Shown piece after piece: positions 33,971-44,910 of a stretch of DNA of 64,000 nt. Where the stretch lies: the NCBI GenBank assembly GCA_965644315.1, contig CBFFRQ010000062.1, forward strand, positions 372,001-436,000. Reading direction: 5' to 3'. A program made the position numbers and the translations under genes. The DNA comes from Caecitellus pseudoparvulus (lineage: Eukaryota; Protista; Bigyra: Bicosoecida). The notes beneath the pieces were generated by a model that ran no database searches, was not told the DNA's origin, and worked only from the letters and a program-made list of their open reading frames with translations. Numbering within the stretch: position 1 is the stretch's first letter; the number at the start of each line of letters is the position of its first letter.

Positions 33971-35239
33971 CTAGTCCTCCTTGCGCCGGGCGGTGCGTTG
34001 CCTGGCACCACCACTCTTGGGCGAAGCTGCCTCTGCAGGGGAGGGTGTCGCCCTCTCCGCCAAGGGCGTCGGCTTCTGCACGCCTGGGCTGGCTTTGGCC
34101 CTGCTGCTGGCGCTGCCAACGACGACGTGGTCCACGGGGCGCAGGCCGCCCACGATGACGTTCCACGACTCCTGCAGCAGGCGGTCCACGGAGTCTGTGA
34201 AGTTCCCCTCGTCGTCCCTGCTGCGCATGCCGCGTGTGGAGAGGGGCGCATGCACTGTGATCTCCACGTCGCCGTAGCCCAGGCTGGGGAAGCCGAAGGG
34301 CGGCAGCAGGGACCGGGCGCCACTCATGGTGATGGGGAGGATGTCGGCGTCAGAGTCAATGGCAGTCTTGAAGGCGCCCGGCTTGAAGTTGGTGAGGGGC
34401 CCCGTGGACACGTCCACGCGCCGCGTGGCTTCGGGGAAGAATAGAACTGGCACACCACCCTTCACATATTCCGCTGCTGTGGCGATGACCTTCTTGCCGC
34501 TTTTCTTGTTGCCGCGGCGCACGGGGATGTGGCCAGAGAGCCACAGCATCCACCCCACACCAGGGTACCACAGGATCTCCTCCTTGAACGTGCACTGTGT
34601 GGCAGGCGGGGTGAGGTGCGGGTCGCGGCGTGGTGCTGCGTTGCAGGTGCTGCAAGGACGCACCTTGAAATCGTGGTGCACTGCGAGAGCCGCAAAGACA
34701 AAGGCATCCAGTGCAGACTGGTGGTTGCACACCAGCACGACGTTGCGGTCCTTTGGGAAGTGCTCCACGCCCTGTGGGAGAGTGGGTGCGAGCGTCGGCT
34801 GCCGCGGCGTGTGGGTGCTCGAAGCGGCAGCTCGGAGACCCACCTTCACTGTGACATTGAAGAATGGCAGACAGCTCCAGTAGATGATGAAGGCGTTCAT
34901 CCTGCAAGGGCGGCAAGCAACGCGGTGGAGGCGCATGTGCAAGGCAGGGGCGGCACGTCTCGAGCAGCTCGGCAGGCTTGGTGCACTGCACCTCTCACCG
35001 ATGGTACACATTCAGCTTGGGGTCTGCCAACCGCACGAGGGGCAGCAGGATGACCTGCACTATGGACACGATGGCAGTGATGAGCACCAGCCACAGCAAC
35101 AAGGTCACAGCCCGTGCTCTGTGCCAAGGGGCGCGGGGGCGGGTCGTTGCATGGGCAGCAGGCTGGGACAGCTGGCTCAGTTTCCGCACCTGCCCACGAG
35201 GGGGTTGACATCCTGCCCGCTGATGTGCTGCACAGCCAT
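33971..35239 (-). CDS. 1-acyl-sn-glycerol-3-phosphate acyltransferase (LPAAT/PlsC family); introns 35189-35119, 34998-34902, 34843-34772, 34663-34595
   Basis: Catalytic NHQSALD, GHIPVRR, FFPEATRR, FKPGAF, ILPITMSG. N-terminal TM helix. Four phase-consistent introns. Confidence 0.92.
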
Positions 35240-35615
35240 GGTGCTGGCGGCCACACGCAGGCTTGGGTGTAATGGAAGCTACCGAGTGGGTGTTGGCCTG
35301 GGCAGCGCTTGTTGGGGATTTATGGAGTGTTTTGGGGGCACACCACAGCGCTTGCACCGGCTCCGTGCCACTGAAAACTGGCAAGGGGGGGTGCCACGCA
35401 CGGGGGGTCTGACGGCGCAACGCACGGCCCGGGGCATTTACCGAAGCAGCCTGACAGACGCTGTTTCCACTTGTATGCTGCTTTCCGCCTCTTGCAGCCA
35501 CTGGTGTGCGCTGCAGCGAGCAGGGCGAGTGCGCCAGGGTGCCAGAAGGGAGTGTGTGTGCTAATTCCGCACAGCTGCAGTGCCGCAGAGGAACCTCCGG
35601 CGGCCAGCGTCCCCC

Positions 35616-36263
35616 ATGGCAGACACACAGCTGTGGACGTCGCACTATGCTGCGATGAACACAGGCACGTTCATCGCGAACATCATCATCAGTGTGCTCA
35701 TCAACTTCGGCATCAACTTCGGCTTCGGCTGGGCCACCGTGAGCAAGTGGGGGCGCCTGCAGCAGGGGCACTTCGAGGGAATGCCGGTGTGGGTGATGAA
35801 CCCCGAAATCAACTCCTGCATCATTCTAGACATGATGCTCACGTGCTTCTTCATGGGCTTCTTCACTGTCCTGCTGGCCACGGACGGCATCGTGCGCGAC
35901 ATCAAAGACGGCAAGACCCGCCCAGTTGACACGGAAGTCACCAAGACGTGGTTCTGGGCCCTCACGCCAGTGCGGGTGGAGGGGCTGTGCCTGCGGGCCC
36001 TGCTCACGGCCCTGGAGATGTGCGTCGTGGTGGGGCTGCCCACCACGCTCTTCGTCTTTGCCGGCGTGCAGGGGGGGGAATTCCCTGGCGTGGGCTACGC
36101 CGTGTTCAAGGGCTTTTTTGCATTCTTCGCCGCCGTGCCAATCTTCCTCGTCATGTTTTTCTCAGCATCAGACTCCCGCAACTTCATCCGGGCGGCCTAC
36201 TCGGCCCTGGACGACAAGGGTGCCAAGGAGATTCCCCTGGTTGGCGGCGTTTCACGAGTGTAG
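35616..36263 (+). CDS. Uncharacterised membrane protein with about 4 TM segments
   Basis: Intronless 215-aa ORF with strongly GC3-biased codons and four hydrophobic helices. Confidence 0.8.
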   Translation: MADTQLWTSHYAAMNTGTFIANIIISVLINFGINFGFGWATVSKWGRLQQGHFEGMPVWVMNPEINSCIILDMMLTCFFMGFFTVLLATDGIVRDIKDGKTRPVDTEVTKTWFWALTPVRVEGLCLRALLTALEMCVVVGLPTTLFVFAGVQGGEFPGVGYAVFKGFFAFFAAVPIFLVMFFSASDSRNFIRAAYSALDDKGAKEIPLVGGVSRV

Positions 36264-36309
36264 CTGCTGCGTTGCCACTCTCAGCACACAATGCACGGCT
36301 TGTCGCAGG

Positions 36310-38187
36310 TCACTCCGCCTCCACACCCCCCAGCACAACATCATCAGGCAGTACTTTCCCGGGGTTCATGATGTGGTGTGGGTCCAGCGCCGCCTTGATG
36401 CGTGCCATGGCTGACAGTGCCACCGGCCCAAGCTCCGCACGCAGCTGCTCCCGCTTGCCAACGCCGATGCCGTGCTCGCCCGTGCAGGTGCCCCCTGCCG
36501 CGATGGCCACGTCAGCCATGTAGTGTGCCAGTTTCTCCCCTGCCGCCCGGTCCTCGGCGTTGCCCTTGCGCATGAGCAGGAAGGAGTGCACGTTTCCGTC
36601 GCCCACGTGCCCGACAATCGGCGCGTGCAGAGGCGAGGCGTCAGAAGCCGCCTTGATGTCCGCCAGCACGCTTGGCAGCTTGGCCAGCGGCACACACACG
36701 TCCGTGATCCACACTTCCATGTCGCCAGGGTCCTCGCCGGGCGGCCCGCCGGCCTCCCGGGGGCGTTTCGTGACGGGGTCGTGCGTGCTTTGCAACACCG
36801 GCGCTGACCACAGGGCCACCTTGCGAGCCCGCCACAACTCTGCCACACCCTCAGGGCTGGCCTCCCACAACATGTCCCCTGCACCATGTGCCTCCCACAC
36901 CTTGCGTGCAGCCGCCGCCTGCCCCGCCAGCGTCTCAGCGGGCCCTGCAAATTTGAAGAACAGCATGGGCGTGGCGGGGTAGTCAAATCCGCTGGCGGCG
37001 TTGACTGCGCGCACCATCCACTCATCCAGCAGCTCTACGCAGTTCAGAGGCACGCCTGCCCGAACAATGTCCTGCACTGCCTCACACGCTGACCGGATGC
37101 TGGGGAAGGGCACCACTGCCACGGCCGTGGCAGCAGGTGTTGGGGTCAGTTTCAGCGTCACCTCCGTCACCACGCCAAGCGTGCCTTCTGAGCCGGTCAC
37201 GAGGCTGGTCAGGTCGAAGCCGGCAGACGTCTTCTTGGCCCGAGCAGCAGTGCGCATGACGGAGCCATCAGGCAGCGCCAGCGTCACGTTCAGCACGTGG
37301 TGCTTCATGGCGCCGTACCGCACTGCGTTGGTGCCGGAACAACCTGTGTTCACCATGCCGCCGATGGTGGCTCCCGGACCGGGGTCGACAGGGAAGAACA
37401 CGCCGTGTTCCGCCAGCGCCGCATTCAGCTCCTCCCACGTGATGCCGGGCTGCACGACGACGTCCATGTTGGCGGGGTTGTAGTCCAGTACCTTATCCAT
37501 GCTGCGCATGCTCAAAACGATGCCTGTGCCGGAGGGGGGGGCGGCTGTGACACAGCCTGGCGTGCACGGCGAAGACGAGAGCACCCTCTCACCCCGATAC
37601 GGCGCAGTAGTGTGCCCCTCCAGACCTGTGCGTCCGCCAGAGGGCACCACGGGGATGCGTGCGGTATTCGCGATGGCCAGCACGGCTGCCACCTGCTGCG
37701 TGCTTGCAGGGGTCACCACAGCGTACGGCGCAGGGCCAGAGTGGAAGCTCCAGTCCGCCTTCCCAGCATCAGCGCAGTCCTCTGCATCGGTGTTCACGTG
37801 CTGAGGCCCCACAACCTCGGCAATGGCATCAAGTGCTGTGGGGCAGGGGTGACACGGTGCTGACCTGTGCGTGCTCCGCTGTTCGGCAGGCGGCCCCGTC
37901 GCACCTTGTGAAATAACGGCGGGGTCACTTGCAAACTTCATGGGCCCGGCCAGACTGGGTGGTGGCTCGCTGTCACTGCTGGCGCAAGCACTGAGCGCCG
38001 TGGCAACAGCCGCGGCCGCAGTCACTGCACCAGACCACGAAGCATGTGAGTCGCCCGCGGCTGCAGCTGCGGTTGGCACACCAGAGAAGCCCTGAGCCGT
38101 TGAAAATGAGCGTGGTGTCTGACGTGATGCACTGGAGAGGCGTGTCACCCGCAGCAAGCGCCTGTGCAGCGCGGCCACTGCAGCCAT
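36310..38187 (-). CDS. LDHD: Mitochondrial D-lactate dehydrogenase (FAD-linked oxidase family); introns 37904-37836, 37592-37524
   Basis: Presequence-like N-terminus, PSGGRTGLEGH, FFPVDPGPGATIGGM..GCSGTNAVRYG, GSEGTLG, GHVGDGNVH, GTCTGEHGIGVGK, DPHHIMNPGK. Confidence 0.94.
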   Translation of the reverse strand: MAAVAALHRRLLRVTRLSSASRQTPRSFSTAQGFSGVPTAAAAAGDSHASWSGAVTAAAAVATALSACASSDSEPPPSLAGPMKFASDPAVISQGATGPPAEQRSTHRSAPCHPCPTALDAIAEVVGPQHVNTDAEDCADAGKADWSFHSGPAPYAVVTPASTQQVAAVLAIANTARIPVVPSGGRTGLEGHTTAPYRGERVLSSSPCTPGCVTAAPPSGTGIVLSMRSMDKVLDYNPANMDVVVQPGITWEELNAALAEHGVFFPVDPGPGATIGGMVNTGCSGTNAVRYGAMKHHVLNVTLALPDGSVMRTAARAKKTSAGFDLTSLVTGSEGTLGVVTEVTLKLTPTPAATAVAVVPFPSIRSACEAVQDIVRAGVPLNCVELLDEWMVRAVNAASGFDYPATPMLFFKFAGPAETLAGQAAAARKVWEAHGAGDMLWEASPEGVAELWRARKVALWSAPVLQSTHDPVTKRPREAGGPPGEDPGDMEVWITDVCVPLAKLPSVLADIKAASDASPLHAPIVGHVGDGNVHSFLLMRKGNAEDRAAGEKLAHYMADVAIAAGGTCTGEHGIGVGKREQLRAELGPVALSAMARIKAALDPHHIMNPGKVLPDDVVLGGVEAE

Positions 38188-38449
38188 GGCCGTCGCGGAA
38201 ATTGATTCCCTTCGCAAGGCGCGAATCCAGCTGCGCCTGTCCCAAGCTTTCAAGAGGGCGACAGAAGCACTATCGTTGGGTGAGTATGTAAGGAAATCCA
38301 GGAGGGTGGCGAGTCGTTGTCTGAGTGGATTCGGTTTGTGACGCAGTGTAGCCGCTGGTGGTCTGCCGCTTGCTCCTTGCACACCCCTGCCACCAGATTT
38401 TCGGGCGACAGCAGCAGGAGTTGCCTGGACAAGAGGTTCGCGCTGCATT

Positions 38450-39315
38450 TCACGCCCAAGATGCTGAGGCAGAGGGGCTGCGGGTCTCTGTAGCTGCATG
38501 CAGGGCCCAGTCACAGGAGGGCAGGTACGCCTGGCTCCGGGGTGTGTGGCCTCGTATGCCGGGGGCAGTGCCAAGAGGTGGGTACTCCTGTCGCAGCTGT
38601 GAGCTGTGGGTGCTGGTCTGCCGTGCAGGCGCCGGCAGCTCTCGCAAGGACAGAGGGTCCAGCCTGCGGTGCAGGGTTGAGGCAGGCGGAGGGACGTTGG
38701 CGGTGGGCTTGCCACCCCGCGGGCGCCAGTACGCTGCTGGGTGCACAGGTTGGTGTGCGATGGGGTGGTGCCGTGTGGGAACATCCCGTACGCGTGGTAG
38801 TGCCTCGCGGGCGCCCCTGCGTGCTGATGCGTTTCGGGCTGGCGCGGCCACGAGCTGCTGGTACGTGGAGGTCAGGAACCTGTCTGCCCCCCCCCATGTG
38901 CGCAGGCCGGCAGTGAGCGTATGCCGAGTCAGTGTGGGCCGGGAGACGGGGGGGTCCCAAGCGGCTGGGCTGCAGGCTGCGTGGGCAGTGCTCTGCAGAA
39001 CTTCGCTGGGCGCGTGCCGTGGCTCTGGTGCCAGTGAAAGGGTGCTCGTATTCTTGTGTGTGGGCGGGGAAGCGGGAAGGGCCAGCCAGCCAGTGCGTTG
39101 TTGATGGACACTTTGCTGTGGTGGTGGGGGGCAGATTGTCGGGTGACACCCGGTCTCTGTGTCAGGAGGCGGCGCGGCGCACCGCGAGATGTCGCGCCCT
39201 GTTGCAACGCACCGAATGGCTCCTAGACCGATCTACATGTGTGTTATGTCCATGCTGCAGGGCGAAATGGCTGGCAAGCCCTGTGTCAGAGGCTGCAAGC
39301 CTGCGTTTCGGCATG
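38450..39315 (-). CDS. Possible hypothetical basic Pro/His-rich protein (structure uncertain)
   Basis: GCC-ATG start at 39315 (MPKRRLAASD..), a GTGCGT donor near 39212, and a stop-free frame from about 39155 to 38450 (DRFLTSTYQQ..RHHPIAH). Splice phase could not be fixed unambiguously. Confidence 0.3.
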
Positions 39316-39476
39316 GCGGTGTTTGTGCGGAAATTGGTGCTGGCAAGTCACAGGCAGCTGCGAAGCTGCGGCGTGGCCCAAGTCTGCAGTGCAGAGCCTT
39401 GACAGGGAGGGCAGACAACGTGAGTGCACGCCATTGCAATTGGCGTGCATTGCGTCATTGTGCAGAGGGAGAACTC

Positions 39477-42400
39477 TCAGGAGCGGCCGCCGGTCATGGT
39501 GGCAACGCGGCTGGCCAGATGGGGCAAGGCTTGCAGGACCACTGGCAGCTCCGAGTGCAGCGTGCCATCGCGCTCGGCCTTGTTGTACAGCATGAACAGC
39601 ACCTCATCCACAGCGACGCGGTCTGTGTGCAGCGTGGCGTAGGCCACTCTGTACCAATTGAACACGCCTGACCTCCGGCGCACCTTGGCTGTGCAGAGAA
39701 TGCCCATGTGGATGCAGGCGAAGGCCTGTGTGAGGGGGGAAAACTGCGCGAACTCCCAGTGCCGCATGGTGAGGTAGATGCACTCGTGCACGGCGGGCAC
39801 GACGGGGGCGATCCACGCGCCATCCATGAGGGACAGCAGCAGGTCGCAGATGGCGTACGTGCTGCAGGCCACGGCGCGGTGGGGGTCGCTGGAGGCGTTG
39901 GGGGAGTACCACGCGCCCTCCTCCACGGAGGCTGACGGCGGCAGGATGCCAGACAGGCTCTCCCGTTGCGCCAGCGTCCCATCTGCTGCCTGGCACCTAT
40001 CGGCGCGGTAACGCACGACAGGGAAGGGCAGGGCGGGGGGTGCCAGGAACACCCGAGGCAGAACAGACACTGCCGCCGACGCCAGCCCCTCACGCAGCTG
40101 CTCGGTGGAGTCACTGGCTGGTGAGTCACCGGTGGCGCCACCACTGGCGCCACCGCTGGCCTCCAGGGAGATGGGCGTCATGCCTTCGCCGGCGCCCTCC
40201 TCCCCCGCCCCGTCCTCGTCCTCGGCAATGGAGCCCGTGGCGCCACGGGGCAAGTGGGCCACCGCCCCTCCGGACAGTGCTGGGCGGGGCGAGGCGCTGC
40301 GGGAGGACAGGCGCCGAGCAGAGGCGGTGGGGGCGCGGGGCTTGGGAGGCGGAACAGGGAACACACTGCTCTGCGTTGCGAGGCGGTCCGCCGCAGGCAG
40401 GGGCAGAGTCACCCGCTGCAGGGCAGGCACGTGCACTGTGAAGGGGATGAGGGTGGCCAGAGGCACGCCCAGCGCCAGGTCCAGGGTGCGGTGCTGCCCT
40501 GCGACAAAGGCGGGGGGCGGGGGTGGGCCCAGGGCGGCACCCCCGCCCCCCGCCCCCCATGCGCTGCTGGCCATGTAGGAGAATCGGGGCGAGCCGCCCC
40601 CCCCCCACACTGACGTGGAGAAGGAGGTGACGGACAGGTCCGAGCGTGCCTCTGCCAGGCCCAGCTCTGCCCGGGCGGAGGAGGCGGAGTCGGGGAGGGG
40701 TGTACCACCCCCCCCTGCACCCCCCTCCTCGGCCTCCGCCTCGTCGCCGTCCTGCGCCTCTGGCGCCAGCACAGGGGAGGGCTTGGTGAAGGAGCGACTG
40801 GGGTGTCGGAAGGTGCCAGGGGAGGCGGCGCCCCCCCTATCACCTGGACCTGAGCGCTGCACAGTGACGTCCCCACTGGCGTCGGCCTCCACTCGGCCGG
40901 ACGTTTCAAAGCGCGGGGAGGGGCTGCGTGGGCCCACCTCGTCGCCCTGCTCCCGCGGCGGGGGGGAGGGGACGAATGTCATCATGGAGGAGGGGTCCTT
41001 CAGGCCAGACGAGGGGGGGGGGTCAGACCCCCCTCCTCCCTCGCCACCCTTGGCCAGCACAGGCAGCTTCAGGGCCGTGAAGGGGCTGCCTGCAGCAGAC
41101 GAGGCGGTGGCTGCGGCGGCGTTGGTGGTGCCACCGCCGCCCTCCGCTGCCCACGCTGTCGTGGCTTGTACAGGGGCACCGCCACTGCTGGCCCGGACAC
41201 GGCCCCCGGCGAGGGCGGAGCCGCCCGTCGAGCTCCCCCGCGCCCCGCCCCCTGAGCGTCCAGACCGGGCCTTGAAGTAGATGCCGCCCACCTCCCCCCC
41301 TGGTGCCCACAGGAAGCCACGCAGCACATCTTGACCCACTGTCAGGCGCGTCACGGCGGCGAAGGGGCTGAGCCACGCAGCCGGGCCGCCTGTGCCGGGG
41401 AGTCGGCCGTGAAACGCATCATGGACAGGCCCCCCGCTGCCCCCACTGCGAGCGGACGAGGCGAGGGCGGAGGTGCCAGGGGGGCCAGTCAGTGTGGCCA
41501 GGAGGGCACCTGTGGCCTCGGCCAGGGGGCGGCCGCTCCAGGTGGAGCTGGGCAGCAACGCAGCAGAGAGCAGTGACTCTGGGTGCTGGCTGGAGAAGGA
41601 GCTCTGGCGCGCCGAGGCGGCGTGCCCCGCCAGGCGGATGGGGGACACGGACCGCCCCGTGTGGATGCCGCCGATGCCGACAGGGACGCCGCCGGGCCCT
41701 ACGAGGCTGACACGGGCCAAGGACGGCTGGGCGCCGCTGGCGGGAGTCACTTCCTCCAGCGCCGAGTCAGAGGAGCGCCCTGAGCCGTGGGCGACGCTGG
41801 TGCCAGTGGGCCCACCCCCCGCACCCATGGCGGCACCCAGTCCGCCAAGAGCAGGCAACAGCCCTGACGCGGCGTGTTCCGAGTTGGCCCCTGACGCGCT
41901 GTTGATGCTGCGTTCGAAGGCTGACTCCTGCATGGAGGCGTCGCGGTCGGCGCCCATGGCGCTCTCATACCCCGCTGTGCGCGCCTGGGACAGCCCCCGG
42001 CGGCGGGGAAAAGCCAGCACAGAGCCTGCCTCTGACGGCTCGCGAGAGGCGTCCCGAGAGAAATACGCCGACCCCACGCCCTCCACTGTGCCGTCCGGCA
42101 GACTGGGCGAGGCGCCTGAGGGGGGGGGCAGCCCCCCCGCATCCAGCGCCTTAGACATGTCCTGCAGAGCGGACACCTCATCCGGGGTGGCTGTGACCCC
42201 CCTCAGGGTGTTGGCGGGGGGGGTCCCGCCGGCGGCCAGGGGGGGGGACATGGCCACCGTGTGCGCCACACGCACAGCGTCTGCGAACAGCGCCTCCACG
42301 TGGCGTGGGTGCGTGGCGGGCGCCGTGATGCCTGCCGTCGCCTGGTCGCTGTGGGCCGCCATGATGCCTGGCTCGCGCTGCGACACGGCGCCCAGCGGCA

Positions 42401-44543
42401 CCGTGTGCATGGAGGGCATGGTGAAGATGCTCGGCCCCAGCGCGCCCAGCATGGCCGTCTCCGTGGCCACGAAGTCTGACTCGGCGTAGTCTTGTGCGAC
42501 GTGCTGGATGTCGCTGAGGAGGGTGGACGGCGCCCCTCGCGCTCGCAGCTGCACGAGGAGACAGGTGATGGCCACCAGCTGCATGGTGGTGCGGGACAGG
42601 CCTGCGGCGCACTGCAGGAGGTACAGGTCGAACAGCGTCACTGCGTCGACGAGGCAGGGCATGGGCAGCGACCAGTGTGCGACGAGGGACTTCAGCCACT
42701 CGATCAGGCGACCTCGCCACGTCATGCGTGTGCTCCAGTCCTCCACACTTTCACGCTGGGCGTGGAACATGGAGAGGCGGGGGAACACGGAACACCGCAT
42801 GACGTCTTCCCGCCGGCGCAGCTCGCCCAGTACACGCAGCACCCACCACGGCGCCCGCAGCGATGTGGGTCGACCCTCTCGCAGCCCCTGCATCCAGGCC
42901 ACGTCATGGGCCGCCTGTGCCGCGGTCACGAACCGCTCCCGGCGGTAGTCTGGCAGGACGGCGGTGAGCAGGCCACGCTGGCCCATGGCTGCGACGGTGG
43001 CGGCCCAGGGTGAGGCGGGGCGTCGGCTGGCGCGACCTGCCGATGCGAGGCCACTGGCCCCCTCCCCAGCCACTGCCAGCAGCAGGGGACTCTCATCCAG
43101 CAGGGCGGGGTCCTCCACGAGCAGGGCTGGGTCAGGACAGGGCGGCACGGGGAGGGGGAAGGGCGCCGTGCGCTCGCCACTGCAGTACACCGTGTCCAGG
43201 GAGGGTGTGTGGGCGACGGTGCCGGAGTGCACGGCGTCGCCCGTCAGCGCGCCTGCAGCGAGGAAGTCAGGTGCTGCCGCCACGACGGGGGCGTCCTCCA
43301 TGCGCGGCGCAGGGGCGGCGGGCCCTCCTCCGACAGGCCCCGTCATGGCACGGGGTGGGGCGGGGCGCAGGCCCGTGGAGGCCAGGAGGGCTGACGTGAT
43401 GGCGCCACGTGCAGGCCCCGCAGCGAGGGGGGTGGGCGAGGCACTGATGTACGTGGCCACTCGCGCGTGCATGACGCCGTCCACGAGGCGAGCCAGGGGG
43501 TGGTGCAGGCCCACCAGCGCTGTGAAGCGCGTGGGGTCGTTGTGGCGGGGCGTGGAGAATGCGGAATTGGCCAAGTCAATGGCCGGCACCGCCTCCTTGG
43601 GCCGCGGCATTTCCACTGTCACAGGCGCCGCCACGCCCGCCGTGGAGCCCAGGTTGAAAAAAGAAGACGTCGTGACACTGGTCACGCTGCTGCGGCGGGC
43701 TGGGCCGGTGAAGGTGGCGGGGGAACGCAGCCCACCTGCAGACCGTGCCGCTCCCGTCGGGTCATCTGCTGCCGTGCCGCTGCCTGTGCTGTGCGGCTCC
43801 GGCAGGCACAGGCCCTCGGAAGGCATGGGGGAGCACTGTGCTACGCCGTCGCTGTCGCCCCCCGCGCTGGCTCGCCGGCCACGACTGCGAGCCAGCTCAG
43901 ACCGCGGACTTCGGCTGGACGCACTGGCGGTGGCGGAAACAACGCTGGCACCGTCCGCAGCGTACGGCGGGTTGTTGGGGGCGGACATGCCCTTCAACTT
44001 GGCATGCAGTCGCTGCTGCATGAAGGTGTACTCCCAGAACGCCGTCACACGCCGCCGCAGGGCTGGCACGAAGGCAGCCCGTCCGCGGCACGTGAGCGCG
44101 AAACGCGCAGCGTCCACGGCCTGCAGGAAGGGCAGCACCGCCACCCACACCGTCGCGTCTGGGCCGTACAGCAGCGCGTTGTCAGCATGAAAAGCATTGC
44201 TGGGCAGCTTCCCTGCGTCTGCCGCCAGGGCAGGCGGCGCTGACGCCACTGCCAGGGCATCGCCAGCGCCTCGCATGGCAGGCATGCTGGAAGTGGCGCC
44301 TGTTTGCGCAGGCACGGACAGGCGCCGCGCAGAAGCAGAGGCACGTGTTCCGCCCTGAGGCCGCGTCACACTGGCGCCTTGGGCGGCCTGGCCTTGTGGC
44401 GTGCCGCCCTTGTGTGGCAGCGTGGTGGTGGTGGTGGTGCCCGGTGCCGAGGCATCACCCACGGCAGCTGCCAAAGCAGCCGCAGCACTGCCAGCACTGC
44501 GTCGGTCGGGCGTCACACGCCCACCTGACGCTCGATCAGGCAT
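39477..44543 (-). CDS. Large cyclin-domain protein with an N-terminal F-box-like motif
   Basis: Single 1688-aa ORF. F-box-like GPDATVWVAVLPFLQAVDAARFALTCRG. Cyclin N box WRGRLIEWLKSLVAHWSL..AVTLFDLYL..MQLVAITCLLV..FVATETAMLGALG. Cyclin C-like IYLTMRHWEFAQFSPLTQAFACI. Confidence 0.82.
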   Translation of the reverse strand: MPDRASGGRVTPDRRSAGSAAAALAAAVGDASAPGTTTTTTLPHKGGTPQGQAAQGASVTRPQGGTRASASARRLSVPAQTGATSSMPAMRGAGDALAVASAPPALAADAGKLPSNAFHADNALLYGPDATVWVAVLPFLQAVDAARFALTCRGRAAFVPALRRRVTAFWEYTFMQQRLHAKLKGMSAPNNPPYAADGASVVSATASASSRSPRSELARSRGRRASAGGDSDGVAQCSPMPSEGLCLPEPHSTGSGTAADDPTGAARSAGGLRSPATFTGPARRSSVTSVTTSSFFNLGSTAGVAAPVTVEMPRPKEAVPAIDLANSAFSTPRHNDPTRFTALVGLHHPLARLVDGVMHARVATYISASPTPLAAGPARGAITSALLASTGLRPAPPRAMTGPVGGGPAAPAPRMEDAPVVAAAPDFLAAGALTGDAVHSGTVAHTPSLDTVYCSGERTAPFPLPVPPCPDPALLVEDPALLDESPLLLAVAGEGASGLASAGRASRRPASPWAATVAAMGQRGLLTAVLPDYRRERFVTAAQAAHDVAWMQGLREGRPTSLRAPWWVLRVLGELRRREDVMRCSVFPRLSMFHAQRESVEDWSTRMTWRGRLIEWLKSLVAHWSLPMPCLVDAVTLFDLYLLQCAAGLSRTTMQLVAITCLLVQLRARGAPSTLLSDIQHVAQDYAESDFVATETAMLGALGPSIFTMPSMHTVPLGAVSQREPGIMAAHSDQATAGITAPATHPRHVEALFADAVRVAHTVAMSPPLAAGGTPPANTLRGVTATPDEVSALQDMSKALDAGGLPPPSGASPSLPDGTVEGVGSAYFSRDASREPSEAGSVLAFPRRRGLSQARTAGYESAMGADRDASMQESAFERSINSASGANSEHAASGLLPALGGLGAAMGAGGGPTGTSVAHGSGRSSDSALEEVTPASGAQPSLARVSLVGPGGVPVGIGGIHTGRSVSPIRLAGHAASARQSSFSSQHPESLLSAALLPSSTWSGRPLAEATGALLATLTGPPGTSALASSARSGGSGGPVHDAFHGRLPGTGGPAAWLSPFAAVTRLTVGQDVLRGFLWAPGGEVGGIYFKARSGRSGGGARGSSTGGSALAGGRVRASSGGAPVQATTAWAAEGGGGTTNAAAATASSAAGSPFTALKLPVLAKGGEGGGGSDPPPSSGLKDPSSMMTFVPSPPPREQGDEVGPRSPSPRFETSGRVEADASGDVTVQRSGPGDRGGAASPGTFRHPSRSFTKPSPVLAPEAQDGDEAEAEEGGAGGGGTPLPDSASSARAELGLAEARSDLSVTSFSTSVWGGGGSPRFSYMASSAWGAGGGGAALGPPPPPAFVAGQHRTLDLALGVPLATLIPFTVHVPALQRVTLPLPAADRLATQSSVFPVPPPKPRAPTASARRLSSRSASPRPALSGGAVAHLPRGATGSIAEDEDGAGEEGAGEGMTPISLEASGGASGGATGDSPASDSTEQLREGLASAAVSVLPRVFLAPPALPFPVVRYRADRCQAADGTLAQRESLSGILPPSASVEEGAWYSPNASSDPHRAVACSTYAICDLLLSLMDGAWIAPVVPAVHECIYLTMRHWEFAQFSPLTQAFACIHMGILCTAKVRRRSGVFNWYRVAYATLHTDRVAVDEVLFMLYNKAERDGTLHSELPVVLQALPHLASRVATMTGGRS

Positions 44544-44910
44544 GTTGCAGCGGTGTTACGTATCCTGGCCCTCGTCTTGGGCAGCTCTGGCTGCGTGGCG
44601 CAGGGAGTGCCTGGGTCTGTGTGGGCCGCGTTTCCTGTCCGCCGCACAGCGACACAAGGGCGGTGTGCACACAACTGGCGGTGCTGCGAAGGTGCTGCAC
44701 TGCAGGGCAGGGCGGGGAGCCCCACAGCAACAGCAAGCCTTTCAGTGCTTCCACTGCCTCGACGACGGCGGCGGGAAGTGATGGGTTGTGTGCTGGTCGG
44801 AGCTCTGCGACGCCTCCGTGAAAGGCACTTCACCTTCGCTGCCCACGCCTGGCCTTGTGACGGCCAGCCCCGCTCCCAGCTCCAGTGGGAAGCCTCTGCA
44901 TTGCAAGGGC

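Noticed and set aside
38188-38784. 200-aa N-terminal extension of D-lactate dehydrogenase in the ORF track
   Set aside because: ATG 38187 has the typical GCC-ATG-G context and begins a presequence-like peptide. The upstream frame looks like a chance extension.
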